A DNA stretch of 64,000 bases from a virus: positions 1 to 64,000 of IMG/VR virus record IMGVR_UViG_3300038318_000232; one strand, given 5' to 3'. A program made the translations under genes and the position numbers. Shown here in pieces: positions 1 through 9,320 of this stretch; position 1 is the stretch's first letter; each line of letters begins with the position of its first letter. A model generated the notes under the pieces. The model did no database searches, was not told where the DNA came from, and saw only the letters and a list, made by a program, of their open reading frames with translations.

Positions 1-2
1 AG

Positions 3-350
3 CAGGACAAGCCTAAAGTCATTTTTGCAGATGCAGTTTCAACCTCAAAATCAAATATTCTGGTAGGCGACTTAGCCAAACTGATTAAACAGAATGGCTA
101 CGACATTGGAGCCAAGCGCCTATTTGAATACCTGCGCCAAAAAGGTTACTTAATCAAGTCTGGATCAAGCAAAAATATTCCCACACAAAAATCAATGGAA
201 TTGGGGCTATTTGAAGTCAAAGAAACCATAATCGACAACCCTGATGGTAGCTCCATCATCAAAAGAACTCCCAAGGTAACTGGCAAAGGGCAGGTTTATT
301 TTGTAAATCATTTCTTGGGGAAAAATCAGCATAGGCAGATTGGAGGTTAA
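3..350 (+). CDS. phage antirepressor, KilAC-domain C-terminal part (5' end outside window)
   Basis: Frame open from window edge to TAA 348-350; translation KPKVIFADAVSTSKSNILVGDLAKLIKQNGYDIGAKRLFEYLRQKGYLIK...TPKVTGKGQVYFVNHFL fits the KilAC antirepressor pattern. Confidence 0.8.
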   Translation, partial: QDKPKVIFADAVSTSKSNILVGDLAKLIKQNGYDIGAKRLFEYLRQKGYLIKSGSSKNIPTQKSMELGLFEVKETIIDNPDGSSIIKRTPKVTGKGQVYFVNHFLGKNQHRQIGG

Positions 351-352
351 TT

Positions 353-658
353 ATGAACAAGGGACATTATTGGATGAACCTGGGGCCAAATATCGAACCA
401 GAAGGCCATTTAATCGTTTCAAATAGTGATGTAGAAATCCCCATAGCAATTGTCATGAATCCCGAAGACATTGGACTTATTATCCATGCCCCCGAAATGT
501 ACCGCATTTTACACGATCTAGTAACCACCCACCTCTTAGTCGAGCGGGTTGGTGAAACAGACCTTTGCAAGAAGCAACTCGAAAATGCTTGGTTCCGAGC
601 CGAGCAGTTATTATGTGATTTTGTCCCACCAGAACAGGAAGAACCCGAACTAGACTAA
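353..658 (+). CDS. hypothetical early protein (101 aa)
   Basis: ATG 3 nt after previous stop, SD GGAGG at 342-346. Confidence 0.6.
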   Translation: MNKGHYWMNLGPNIEPEGHLIVSNSDVEIPIAIVMNPEDIGLIIHAPEMYRILHDLVTTHLLVERVGETDLCKKQLENAWFRAEQLLCDFVPPEQEEPELD

Positions 659-917
659 CTAACTGAATCCCAAACCCTTGAAAGGAGCGTGATGCCCTGT
701 CACAACTCCATAGACTTCTCTACCCCATTGGGCGGCAGATACCTGGAGTCTTTGAACCGGGGCGAGTAGATGGGGGTAGCCTGAAAGAAGGCCATTGAGG
801 GGTTGAGTAACTACTGGACGCGGTAGCGAAGAATGAGAACGCAACAAGATATATAATTATGATAACGCTCCCTGGACGCAGCGGAGAACAAAGAGATTTC
901 GGAGAGGGGCACCGGAC

Positions 918-1262
918 ATGGACAGAGAAAACGAAATGCTGGCAAACAAATTTCTGGCAAGTCGCTCTTGGGAGGAAAGACGCAATATCCTGATTAGCGT
1001 AGGCAAAAAATATGGAAAAGGTGGACGGAAAAGCTTTTCTAGTTATGTCGGAAGAAGCCAAGAGGATTTAGAAAAGTTTTATGAATTAAATCCTGGATTC
1101 AAGTCTCGCAAAACCAAAAGATTTGGTTCGCCATCTAAGCGTCTTGATAGAAATGATGTTAATGCGGCCTTTAGAGAGGAATCCCATAAAGATATTTTCC
1201 ATCGCCCTCACCGTCGCAAAAAGGCCAACGAATTAAAGCCCCATATAAAAGATTTTGAATAA
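918..1262 (+). CDS. Lys/Arg-rich hypothetical protein (114 aa)
   Basis: SD GGAGAGGGG 8 nt upstream of ATG; TATAAT-like box at 851-856; no recognisable domain. Confidence 0.45.
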   Translation: MDRENEMLANKFLASRSWEERRNILISVGKKYGKGGRKSFSSYVGRSQEDLEKFYELNPGFKSRKTKRFGSPSKRLDRNDVNAAFREESHKDIFHRPHRRKKANELKPHIKDFE

Positions 1263-1550
1263 ACCCACGGAGGACAACCTATCATGATACACCATATAGA
1301 AAAAGAAAATGCCCTCGATGCACCCGAGGACACAAACATGTAGTCAACAAAAATATAACACGGTTTTATAACGTATTCAAGTTTCCTGCTCTTTATGACA
1401 GGATTATCCCTCTCCCCTATCGCTTGGAGGTTCCTTTGGGAGCCTCCTTCTATATTGAAATCAAGTTTGCAGGATACGGCTTGGCCCTAGTGACTGGCTC
1501 ATTCTTTCCGAGTGAGAGCTCAAGCCGCCCTGCTATTAAGGAGGAAACAC

Positions 1551-2138
1551 ATGACCCCCAAAGAAACATTCATATCCCTTGCATCTGGCATCACTCGAAA
1601 CGGCATCGAAAACCTGATGCACTTCTTGGAGTATGAGAGCGATTTTTATACTGCCCCCTGCTCTACCCGCTATCATCTATCTGTACCCGGTGGCCTCGTA
1701 ATCCATTCCATCCATGTCTACAAGCTCCTGGAGATCAAAGCCCGGCAATTCAAACTGAATGTAGACCCTGAAACCTTGCTTATTTGCGGATTGTTCCATG
1801 ATGTTTGCAAAACCAATTTCTACGACATAGAAAAGAAATGGCGCAAGAATGATCGCAACCAGTGGGAGCAATACGACGCCTATGTAATTAAGGATTTATT
1901 TCCTGCCGGGCATGGCTCGAAATCTGTGTCCGTTCTCCAGAAGTATCTCCACCTGACAGATGAAGAAATATTAAGCGTCATGTGGCACATGGGCGCATGG
2001 ACTGAGGGAATGACCGAATATTCCATGAGACAAGCCTACAATGCCGCCGGTGATAAGTATCCCCTGGTTACTGCCCTTCACCTTGCTGACTTGGAGGCGA
2101 CACGGTTTATTGAGCGAGAGCAACCGGAGGAGGGATAG
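1551..2138 (+). CDS. HD-domain metal-dependent phosphohydrolase
   Basis: AGGAGG 6 nt upstream of ATG 1551; motifs YHL...GGLVIHS, GLFHDVCK, GHGSKS typical of HD superfamily. Confidence 0.75.
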   Translation: MTPKETFISLASGITRNGIENLMHFLEYESDFYTAPCSTRYHLSVPGGLVIHSIHVYKLLEIKARQFKLNVDPETLLICGLFHDVCKTNFYDIEKKWRKNDRNQWEQYDAYVIKDLFPAGHGSKSVSVLQKYLHLTDEEILSVMWHMGAWTEGMTEYSMRQAYNAAGDKYPLVTALHLADLEATRFIEREQPEEG

Positions 2139-2141
2139 CGC

Positions 2142-2717
2142 ATGGCCTTTCCCGACTACTACAAAGACAAGCTCCCCAACGGCTTCTACCGGGTTTTTGA
2201 TTTCGGGCAGACATACTACCAAGACAGGCAGGGCAAAACATACAACCCCTGCGAGAACTGCGGGGAGCTTACCCCCGAGGGACAACTTGACGACCACGAG
2301 AACAACTGCCCGAAGTGCTGGCGGGATGCCCACTCCTGCTATCAGTGCGGGGAGTACAACGAGAAACTGCACTCAGGGCAGGACGGGCATAATTACTGCC
2401 CTGAGTGCTTTATCGAGTACCTTGAGGAACAACTGCAAAGGAGGAACGGCATGGACCTAAACAGTTTTTACACATGGCAACAACAGGACCCCGACATGAG
2501 GCATGTGCAAATAACTATTGAACATAACAATAAGCCCAAAGTATGGGTTTATGACTTTACTCTTATGGCCGGACAGCACGTTAAATCGGTTGACGAAATT
2601 AACCTTGTCGGAGTACGGGAAGCCCGCGAGAAGGCCGAGTACGAGCGGCTCAAGGCAAAGTTTGAGGAGGGATCACCATGCCAACCTATATCCCCGCCTC
2701 TCGTGACGAATGGCTAG
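2142..2717 (+). CDS. hypothetical protein with multiple CxxC zinc-ribbon motifs
   Basis: 191-aa ORF starting 4 nt after previous stop; CENCG, CPKC, CYQCG, CPEC motifs. Confidence 0.6.
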   Translation: MAFPDYYKDKLPNGFYRVFDFGQTYYQDRQGKTYNPCENCGELTPEGQLDDHENNCPKCWRDAHSCYQCGEYNEKLHSGQDGHNYCPECFIEYLEEQLQRRNGMDLNSFYTWQQQDPDMRHVQITIEHNNKPKVWVYDFTLMAGQHVKSVDEINLVGVREAREKAEYERLKAKFEEGSPCQPISPPLVTNG

Positions 2718-3331
2718 CCAACCGAATAAAAATGATAGGCGGATCTGATGCTTCGGCTATTCTTGGTATGAACCCATACAAAACGAATGTTGAGGTTTGG
2801 CAAGAAAAAACCGGCAAGGTTAGTCCTGAAGACATAAGCCATAAACCCTATGTTAAATACGGAATAGATGCAGAAGAACCCCTGATAGCTCTATTTGCGC
2901 TAGATTATCCCCAGTACAATGTTAATTCCAATAAGGTTTACAAGGTATTCCTACATGACAAATACCCCTTCATAGGCGGCACACTTGACGGAGAACTAAC
3001 CGAAAACGAAACCGGCAGACAAGGTATCCTCGAAATTAAAACCACTGAAATCCTAAATTCTATGCACAGGGAGAAATGGAACGAGAAGATCCCCGACAAC
3101 TATTACATTCAATGCCTTCATTACTTGCTGGCTACTGGTTGGGATTTCGTTGTACTCAAGGCTCAATTGAAAACCGTCTATGATGGTGATGTAAGACTTA
3201 ATACCCGGCATTACCATATTGAGCGCAGCGAGGTTGAGGAGGACTTGGATTACCTGCTAACCAAGGAAATTGAATTTTGGAAGTACGTTGAGGGGGGCAG
3301 GAAACCCCCTCTTGTGCTCCCACCAATCTAA
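2678..3331 (+). CDS. YqaJ-like viral recombinase exonuclease (lambda Exo fold)
   Basis: N-terminus SRDEWLANRIKMIGGSDASAILGMNPYKT..VW and downstream LEIKT motif typical of YqaJ/PD-(D/E)xK exonucleases; GGAGGG SD. Confidence 0.85.
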   Translation: MPTYIPASRDEWLANRIKMIGGSDASAILGMNPYKTNVEVWQEKTGKVSPEDISHKPYVKYGIDAEEPLIALFALDYPQYNVNSNKVYKVFLHDKYPFIGGTLDGELTENETGRQGILEIKTTEILNSMHREKWNEKIPDNYYIQCLHYLLATGWDFVVLKAQLKTVYDGDVRLNTRHYHIERSEVEEDLDYLLTKEIEFWKYVEGGRKPPLVLPPI

Positions 3332-3346
3332 AAGGAGGACTCTATA

Positions 3347-4237
3347 TTGGAACTTGTTATCTATAATCCCACAGAAGATGGCTTTATTCAGGCCATAGAG
3401 TTTAATCATGACGATCTAAAGAAGGAATTGGCCATAAGGCTTGAAAAGTACAATAACCTTGTTTACAGCGAATCCAGCATCAAAGAGGCCAAAACCGACC
3501 GGGCAAGCCTTAATAAACTCAAGGATGCCATTGAAAACAAGCGCAAAGAGATTAAGAAGCAATGCCTTAAGCCCTATGAGGACTTCGAGGCCAAGATCAA
3601 AGAGATTGTCGCCATGATAGACAAGCCCATAACGGCCATAGATACTCAGGTAAAGAACTACGAGCAAATCAAGAAGGACGAAAAACTGGAAGGAATAAAA
3701 GCCTTCTACGCAGACAAGGTAATGGATCTGGCTGACCTGGTTCCCTTTGAAAAGATATTCAACCCCAAATGGCTTAACGCAACCTACAAGGAAGCGGATA
3801 TTCAAAAGGAGATTTCCGACCTGTTTGTTAAGGTAGAATCTGATATTCAGGTAATCCGGGAGTTACAGACCGAATATGAGAAGCAAGTAATTATTACCTA
3901 TCTGAAAGGCTTTGACCTTACCGCAGCCCTTCAGGAGAAAAAGCATCAAGAGGAACAGGCCGCAAAACTGGCCGAGTATAAACGGCAACAGGAAGAAAAG
4001 AAGCAACAGGCCCAGGCCGAACCTGAAAAGCAAGTTAAGGTAATTGACGGCAAGGATGACAATTGGAACACCTTAAAACCGGGTGACGTTGTTGAATTTG
4101 CCGAACCTGCCCAAGAGCCTATACCTGAAGAAAAAATGTACACCATTGATTTTCGAGTAACAGCAACAGCGGTCCAATTACAGGCTTTAAAGCAATTCTT
4201 TGTTGACAATAACATTAAATACGGGAGGACAAATTAA
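3347..4237 (+). CDS. DUF1351-family phage protein (recombination-module accessory)
   Basis: TTG start after AGGAGG; pattern ...IKEAKTDRASLNKLKDAIENKRKEIKKQCLKPYEDFE... and position between exonuclease and RecT. Confidence 0.65.
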   Translation: MELVIYNPTEDGFIQAIEFNHDDLKKELAIRLEKYNNLVYSESSIKEAKTDRASLNKLKDAIENKRKEIKKQCLKPYEDFEAKIKEIVAMIDKPITAIDTQVKNYEQIKKDEKLEGIKAFYADKVMDLADLVPFEKIFNPKWLNATYKEADIQKEISDLFVKVESDIQVIRELQTEYEKQVIITYLKGFDLTAALQEKKHQEEQAAKLAEYKRQQEEKKQQAQAEPEKQVKVIDGKDDNWNTLKPGDVVEFAEPAQEPIPEEKMYTIDFRVTATAVQLQALKQFFVDNNIKYGRTN

Positions 4238-5208
4238 TGGCAGTAAAGAATAGTTTGGTTCAGCAAACCAAGAGACAACCCTTCAGTGCATATCTCACCC
4301 AGGATGCTATCAAGAATCGCATAAACGCTATGATCGGCGGCAAAGACGGGCAACGGTTTATCACTTCCATAGTATCAGCCGTATCGGTTAATCCTGCCCT
4401 GGCTGAATGTGATTACGCAACCATATTTTCAGCGGCCATGTTGGGTGAAAGCCTGAAACTTTCCCCTTCCCCTCAACTTGGGCAATATTACATGGTTCCC
4501 TATAAGAAGAAAGGGAAAAACGGCGACCCAGACACGGTTACTGCCCAGTTCCAATTGGGCTATAAGGGCTATATCCAGCTTGCCATTCGTAGCGGGTACT
4601 ATCGGAAGATAAACGTCCTTGCAATCAAGGAAGGTGAACTAATCAAGTTTGACCCCCTGGAAGAAGTTATAGAGGTTCGCTTGATTGAGGACGAAGAAGA
4701 ACGGGAAACCGCCAAAACAATTGGCTATTATGCAATGTTTGAATACCATAACGGATTCAAGAAAGCCATGTACTGGAGCAAAAAGAAGATGCTGACCCAC
4801 GCCGACAAGTATAGCTCCGCTTTTAGCAAAGACCCTGTGAAGGCAAGGGACCCCAAATATAACAAGGTTTCTTTCGCTGATTACGAGGCTGGGAAAGTCA
4901 AGGAAAGCGACATGTGGCTATATTCTTCCTTCTGGTACAAAGACTTTGACGGGATGGCCCACAAGACTATGCTCCGCCAGTTAATCAGCAAATGGGGCAT
5001 CATGTCTATTGAAATGCAAAGTGCCTTTGAGAAGGACGAGGCGGTTATCTCCGAGGACGGCAGTTTTGAATATGTGGATAATGAACCAGCACCCACGGGC
5101 ATAGATACGCACTCAGATGTTATTGATACTACGGCAACCGTTACCGAACCGGATGGAACAGAGGACAATGTTCAGGATGCCTTCTTTGACCAAGAGCAGG
5201 AGGCATAG
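4237..5208 (+). CDS. recT: RecT-family single-strand annealing recombinase
   Basis: Motifs SIVSAVSVNPALAECD, SPSPQLGQYYMVPY, FQLGYKGYIQLAIRSGYY characteristic of RecT. Confidence 0.9.
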   Translation: MAVKNSLVQQTKRQPFSAYLTQDAIKNRINAMIGGKDGQRFITSIVSAVSVNPALAECDYATIFSAAMLGESLKLSPSPQLGQYYMVPYKKKGKNGDPDTVTAQFQLGYKGYIQLAIRSGYYRKINVLAIKEGELIKFDPLEEVIEVRLIEDEEERETAKTIGYYAMFEYHNGFKKAMYWSKKKMLTHADKYSSAFSKDPVKARDPKYNKVSFADYEAGKVKESDMWLYSSFWYKDFDGMAHKTMLRQLISKWGIMSIEMQSAFEKDEAVISEDGSFEYVDNEPAPTGIDTHSDVIDTTATVTEPDGTEDNVQDAFFDQEQEA

Positions 5209-5209
5209 C

Positions 5210-5335
5210 ATGACCTTCCCCACCATCAGCGAACCCCACGATTTCTGCCCGAGCTGCCTTGCTGACACCGACCTGCGGATATTACGAGAGAACGGCGGTT
5301 TGTGCGAGAAGTGCGCCGAAGAAGAATCTACTTGA
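5210..5335 (+). CDS. small zinc-ribbon protein (41 aa)
   Basis: ATG in GGAGGCATAGCATG junction with recT stop; CPSC...CEKC. Confidence 0.5.
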   Translation: MTFPTISEPHDFCPSCLADTDLRILRENGGLCEKCAEEEST

Positions 5336-5437
5336 TTATTAGAAGAACCCCAAGAAGAAAACCCCACTCAAACGCCTAGATTAAGGCGTTATTTTATTTG
5401 ACGGTTATTTGATTGGAGAAGAACAGGAGGTAATTTA

Positions 5438-5614
5438 ATGAAAACCAAAGAGGAAATTGTTGAAATTATAATGGGGTATTTTGGCAGTGTATATTGCGAC
5501 AGTTGCGAAAGCAATAAAACCAGTAATAAATGCGATGAATGCCATAGAAAGGCAATGAATTGGGGAATATCCGAAGATTATGCAGGGAAAATTGCGGATG
5601 AAATACTAAAATAA
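5438..5614 (+). CDS. small Cys-rich protein (58 aa)
   Basis: AGGAGG 7 nt upstream of ATG 5438; below the 60-aa ORF-track cut-off; CDSC...CDEC. Confidence 0.55.
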   Translation: MKTKEEIVEIIMGYFGSVYCDSCESNKTSNKCDECHRKAMNWGISEDYAGKIADEILK

Positions 5615-5623
5615 AGTCCACTT

Positions 5624-5698
5624 GGCAGATCGTCTATAGGTAGGACACCGGTTCGCATAACCCGGAGAAATCAAGTTCGATTCTTGGTTCTGCCTCCA
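5624..5698 (+). tRNA. tRNA-like element with aberrant anticodon arm (isotype not assignable)
   Basis: 75 nt; acceptor GGCAGA(T)/(T)TCTGCC, T arm TCAAG-TTCGATT-CTTGG, encoded CCA; D loop contains GG; the 17-18 nt anticodon arm cannot form a 5-bp stem with a U33-containing 7-nt loop. Confidence 0.5.
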
Positions 5699-5744
5699 TA
5701 AGTATTAAGGTTTGTCCATTTGAAATGGCTAAACCAACAAAGGA

Positions 5745-6143
5745 GTGATGCCCATGACCCCCATCGAAGCAGGAGAGGAAATCTTACGGTGCATTGACTA
5801 TATTCTCACCCAATACCCCGACAACCAGGACCGCATATGTGAGCTTCAAGCCCAAACTACCGACCTTCTCCACATGATTGAGTTTACTCCCTGCGATATA
5901 CAGAAGGGCTATAAATTTACAAAAAACCTCCAAGACATATGCATAGAACGCAGGTGCTTAAAAGACGAAAACGAAGCACTGAGGCCCCTATTTGATTGTT
6001 TGTCCGCACCTAATGCAGTTGCCTTTAAAAACGGCTTTATAGGCGCTCTAACGAAGGCGAAGCAGCGAGAGAGAGCTTTGGCTTCTCGAATATACGGACC
6101 GCGCTCTGAAAGATTCCAGGACGCCGTTATCAGTAAGGAGTGA
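5745..6143 (+). CDS. hypothetical protein (about 130 aa)
   Basis: Extended SD AAAGGAGTGATGCCC; likely true start ATG 5754. Confidence 0.6.
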   Translation: MMPMTPIEAGEEILRCIDYILTQYPDNQDRICELQAQTTDLLHMIEFTPCDIQKGYKFTKNLQDICIERRCLKDENEALRPLFDCLSAPNAVAFKNGFIGALTKAKQRERALASRIYGPRSERFQDAVISKE

Positions 6144-6412
6144 TGCCCTTGTCCCCCGAGGAAGTAATCAAAGAAGCCCTTAATTCCCTGATTGAGCAGA
6201 AAAACCAAGAGATCAAACGGTTGCAGGCCGAAGTCGATAGATGGAGGCCTGTAATTGATCTTGTAGGACTTATGGTTCAGAAATGGAGCCCGTTCTTTGA
6301 TCGTCTGCCTGACGGAGAACAAGAGATTATACGGGCCTATCAGAGAGCCATGAAAGGAGAGAAAAAGAGTGAAGGAATACACAACAGCGGAAGTAATCAA
6401 AGTTCTGTTTGA
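6140..6412 (+). CDS. hypothetical protein (about 88 aa, coiled-coil)
   Basis: Same SD box TAAGGAGTGATGCCC; likely start TTG 6149. Confidence 0.5.
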   Translation: MMPLSPEEVIKEALNSLIEQKNQEIKRLQAEVDRWRPVIDLVGLMVQKWSPFFDRLPDGEQEIIRAYQRAMKGEKKSEGIHNSGSNQSSV

Positions 6413-6785
6413 CAATCCCAAATTAATCGCAGAAGCAATTAATGAACATGGCGACAAATACCACTTGTTCATAAATTTTAACGGTTATCTCTATTTTAAG
6501 AGATGGAACCCGAATGGCGAATATTTAGACCCGCGCAAACATTCTGGTGGGCATTTTAACGGGAACATTGACGGAAAACTTAAGTGGCACCTCGTCCCCC
6601 AACCCGTCCCCTGGCAGGAGGCGTTGCAGGCAAGACTAGACGGCAAAACAATCAAGGTGGATTGCCCGAATTGTGGCGGCGATGCCGATAGTTGTGTTTT
6701 TGAACCAACACAAGACAAAGAATCAGTATGTTTTTCAGCATTAAAAGGGGGCAGTTTCTACGTCATCGAGGCCCCTATTGACTAG
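6369..6785 (+). CDS. hypothetical protein (138 aa)
   Basis: GTG start 9 nt after AAAGGAG; CPNCGG motif. Confidence 0.55.
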   Translation: MKEYTTAEVIKVLFDNPKLIAEAINEHGDKYHLFINFNGYLYFKRWNPNGEYLDPRKHSGGHFNGNIDGKLKWHLVPQPVPWQEALQARLDGKTIKVDCPNCGGDADSCVFEPTQDKESVCFSALKGGSFYVIEAPID

Positions 6786-7179
6786 GCTACTCCTGGCCCT
6801 GGTGCTGGCCTTGGTTATATACCCACAAGCACTATCAGATCCCTCGCCCCTGCCCGAGCCTATCCCGGTTATTGCCCCGAAGGAAGAAGTTAAGCCCCAA
6901 CCAATCCGAACCATAATTTGTGAAGCCACCGCTTATTGTGAACAAGGAACAACCGCCACCGGCACACAGGCAGGCCCCGGCTCAATCGCAGTTGATCCGA
7001 CCATAATACCGCTCGGTTCGCACCTCTACGTTGAAGGCTATGGTGAAGGTTGGGCGGTTGATACCGGTTCAGCGATTCGCGGCTACATAATTGACGTCTG
7101 GCTACCCGATCCTCAAACTTGCCGAGAGTGGGGACGCAAGAAGAATGTTGAAGTACAGATATTGGAGGTGCCAGAGTGA
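6778..7179 (+). CDS. secreted 3D-domain (RlpA/MltA-like) cell-wall protein
   Basis: N-terminal hydrophobic signal-like segment; ATAYC..GTTATG...GSIAVDP..IPLGS.LYVEGYG...DTGSAIRG..IDVW is the 3D-domain pattern. Confidence 0.7.
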   Translation: MTRLLLALVLALVIYPQALSDPSPLPEPIPVIAPKEEVKPQPIRTIICEATAYCEQGTTATGTQAGPGSIAVDPTIIPLGSHLYVEGYGEGWAVDTGSAIRGYIIDVWLPDPQTCREWGRKKNVEVQILEVPE

Positions 7180-7541
7180 AAATAATACCCAAAAATCTTG
7201 CCCTTAGGCTGCATAGGAGGTTATGGGATTGGTTGAGCAAACATCCCCATGCATCAAAACCCGATTGGCCCGGATTTCGGGGTTTTAAGGGATGGGTTCT
7301 TGAAACCGTATATGGGAATCCAATAGGGTGGCAGTATTGCTTTTTATGTCTTTACACCTACCACTTCAAAGGACCCCATTGTAGTTATTGCCCCCTAGAT
7401 CCAGATTTCGATGCTCCATGTTTGGGAGGGCTCTTTGATTTATGGTGCGATGCACCTAACTATAAAGATCGCAGTGAATATGCCGCCCAAATCCGCGATC
7501 TTCCTGTTCGAGAGGAGGCACCCAATGCACCCACAACTTAA
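7176..7541 (+). CDS. Cys-rich hypothetical protein, paralogous to the N-terminus of 9317..10372
   Basis: CFLC...C.YCP...PC...F.LW...AAQIRDLP shared with the ORF at 9317. Confidence 0.6.
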   Translation: MKIIPKNLALRLHRRLWDWLSKHPHASKPDWPGFRGFKGWVLETVYGNPIGWQYCFLCLYTYHFKGPHCSYCPLDPDFDAPCLGGLFDLWCDAPNYKDRSEYAAQIRDLPVREEAPNAPTT

Positions 7542-7692
7542 AGTAGAAAGACCCACCTGGAAGATAAAATCAATCCCATACAGGCCACGCACTAACTCCC
7601 TGAGACGACTTTACGGAAAGATAAGCCCCTGGTTAGCACTGGGGGTTTTTCTATTGCTCTTAGGCGCAGGGTGCGTGTTAATCGGAGAGTGA
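7525..7692 (+). CDS. small membrane protein (55 aa)
   Basis: GAGGAGG 5 nt upstream of ATG 7525; C-terminal hydrophobic helix WLALGVFLLLLGAGCVLI. Confidence 0.45.
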   Translation: MHPQLKVERPTWKIKSIPYRPRTNSLRRLYGKISPWLALGVFLLLLGAGCVLIGE

Positions 7693-7693
7693 T

Positions 7694-8650
7694 ATGGACA
7701 CCGCACAACTCCGCGATCTGCAAGCCTTACCCCTGAAATACAAGATCATGATCTCCCAGGAGCGCATCCGTGAGTGGTACGAGCACTGGGATGGCAAGGT
7801 CTATGTCAGCTTCAGCGGGGGCAAAGACTCCACGGTTCTGCTTCATCTGGTGCGGCAGCTATATCCAGAGGTACCCGCCGTGTTCGTTGATACTGGGTTG
7901 GAATACCCAGAGATAAGGCAGTTTGTTAAGCAGCATGATAATGTGGTTTGGTTGAGGCCCAAGATGAATTTTAAAGAAGTAATTATACGGTATGGGTTCC
8001 CGGTAGCCAGTAAGCGAATTTCCCAATATATACACGAAATACAAACACCAACAGACAAAAATAAGGCTACCGTGCGGCTCCGTTTAACAGGCATTAGGAC
8101 AAGCGGCAAATACTCGGCCTGTTCAATAATCCCAGAGAAATGGCGCTGTTTAAAGGATGCTCCCTTTAAAGTAAGCGACCAGTGCTGTGGAGTTATGAAA
8201 AAGAAGCCCTTTGATAATTATGTTGCAGAGACGGGCCAGATGCCTTATGCGGGAGTAATGGCAAGCGACGCCCAAACTAGAGAGCTAGATTATTTACAAT
8301 CGGGTTGCAACGCATTTGACAAGAAACGCCCTATATCTCGCCCTCTTGGCTTCTGGATGGAGGCAGACATATGGGAGTATTTACACAAAAACAACGTACC
8401 ATACAGCCCTATTTACGACATGGGATTTACCCGCACCGGATGCATGTTCTGCATGTTCGGTGTTCACCTGGAACCGGAGCCAAACCGCTTCCAAAAGATG
8501 CAGGTGACGCATCCAAAACAGTGGGAGTATTGCATGTTCAAGTTGGGCCTGGCTGAAGTGCTGGACTATATCGGTGTACCTTGGAACGACAGCAATCAAC
8601 TATGGTCCACAGAAGAAATCTTAAAAGGAGGAAGCAACTTTGACCATTAA
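7694..8650 (+). CDS. PAPS-reductase / DndC-like PP-loop ATP pyrophosphatase family protein
   Basis: PP-loop SFSGGKDSTVLLHL, CCGVMKKKP and C-terminal GCMFCMFG Cys cluster. Confidence 0.8.
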   Translation: MDTAQLRDLQALPLKYKIMISQERIREWYEHWDGKVYVSFSGGKDSTVLLHLVRQLYPEVPAVFVDTGLEYPEIRQFVKQHDNVVWLRPKMNFKEVIIRYGFPVASKRISQYIHEIQTPTDKNKATVRLRLTGIRTSGKYSACSIIPEKWRCLKDAPFKVSDQCCGVMKKKPFDNYVAETGQMPYAGVMASDAQTRELDYLQSGCNAFDKKRPISRPLGFWMEADIWEYLHKNNVPYSPIYDMGFTRTGCMFCMFGVHLEPEPNRFQKMQVTHPKQWEYCMFKLGLAEVLDYIGVPWNDSNQLWSTEEILKGGSNFDH

Positions 8651-9320
8651 GGAGTTAATAGGAAGCCTAAACGTAGGCGACACGATAACTTACCAAATGA
8701 AAACCGGGCAGACAACGAAGCAAAAAATTGTTACTCGCACCGGAATCATAAAACAGATTAGGCCCAAGTTTATCACCGTCCAATTAGACAAATACCCAGA
8801 TAGCGTCGAAATCAACGAGATAGCCAATGGTCGCATCCAGATTCTTGACGCTGAAGGCAACCCCATCCCCATTGAGCCGGAATTACTAAAGGCTTCAGAA
8901 CCCCCTACCCTGCCGATTGAGTATTCACCGCGAAAGAAAAGCCAGCTTGAGATTGGGCCGGAGCCGCCTAAATGCGCCCGTACCAAGCAAGGCACCGTAG
9001 ATTGGGAGGTTATGTGGCCTATAGTCGAGACAAAGCTTGCGCGGGGCCAGGGCAAGTACGAGATCGCGGATGAGTTTGGTATCGGGCATAAGGCTATGGC
9101 ATCCAAGGTTCGGAAGGTGAAAGCCAAACTCAAACAAAGCGCCGATATACCATCTCCTGTTCCCGATGACCCAATATATTCCGAGCTTAGGGGCAAATCC
9201 CGCGCGGAACTACTAGCTTTATACGCTTGCCGCATGCAGCAGGGGGTTGTCATTGACATGATTGTGAGCTGTATAGACGCGACACTGGCAGGCGAAGAAA
9301 AGGAGGAACAAGCGATATGA
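8640..9320 (+). CDS. hypothetical protein with HTH-like segment (226 aa)
   Basis: TTG start after GGAGG; GKYEIADEFGIGHKAMASKVRKVK resembles an HTH. Confidence 0.5.
   Translation: MTIKELIGSLNVGDTITYQMKTGQTTKQKIVTRTGIIKQIRPKFITVQLDKYPDSVEINEIANGRIQILDAEGNPIPIEPELLKASEPPTLPIEYSPRKKSQLEIGPEPPKCARTKQGTVDWEVMWPIVETKLARGQGKYEIADEFGIGHKAMASKVRKVKAKLKQSADIPSPVPDDPIYSELRGKSRAELLALYACRMQQGVVIDMIVSCIDATLAGEEKEEQAI

Noticed and set aside
659-1550. Group I or group II intron with an embedded endonuclease ORF
   Set aside because: The flanking sequences do not reconstitute a split host gene. The internal 114-aa ORF has no LAGLIDADG, GIY-YIG, HNH or RT motifs. I could not locate the conserved intron core pairings.
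5909-6472. 187-aa minus-strand ORF
   Set aside because: It is antisense to three coupled + strand genes with good SD boxes, and has no SD of its own.
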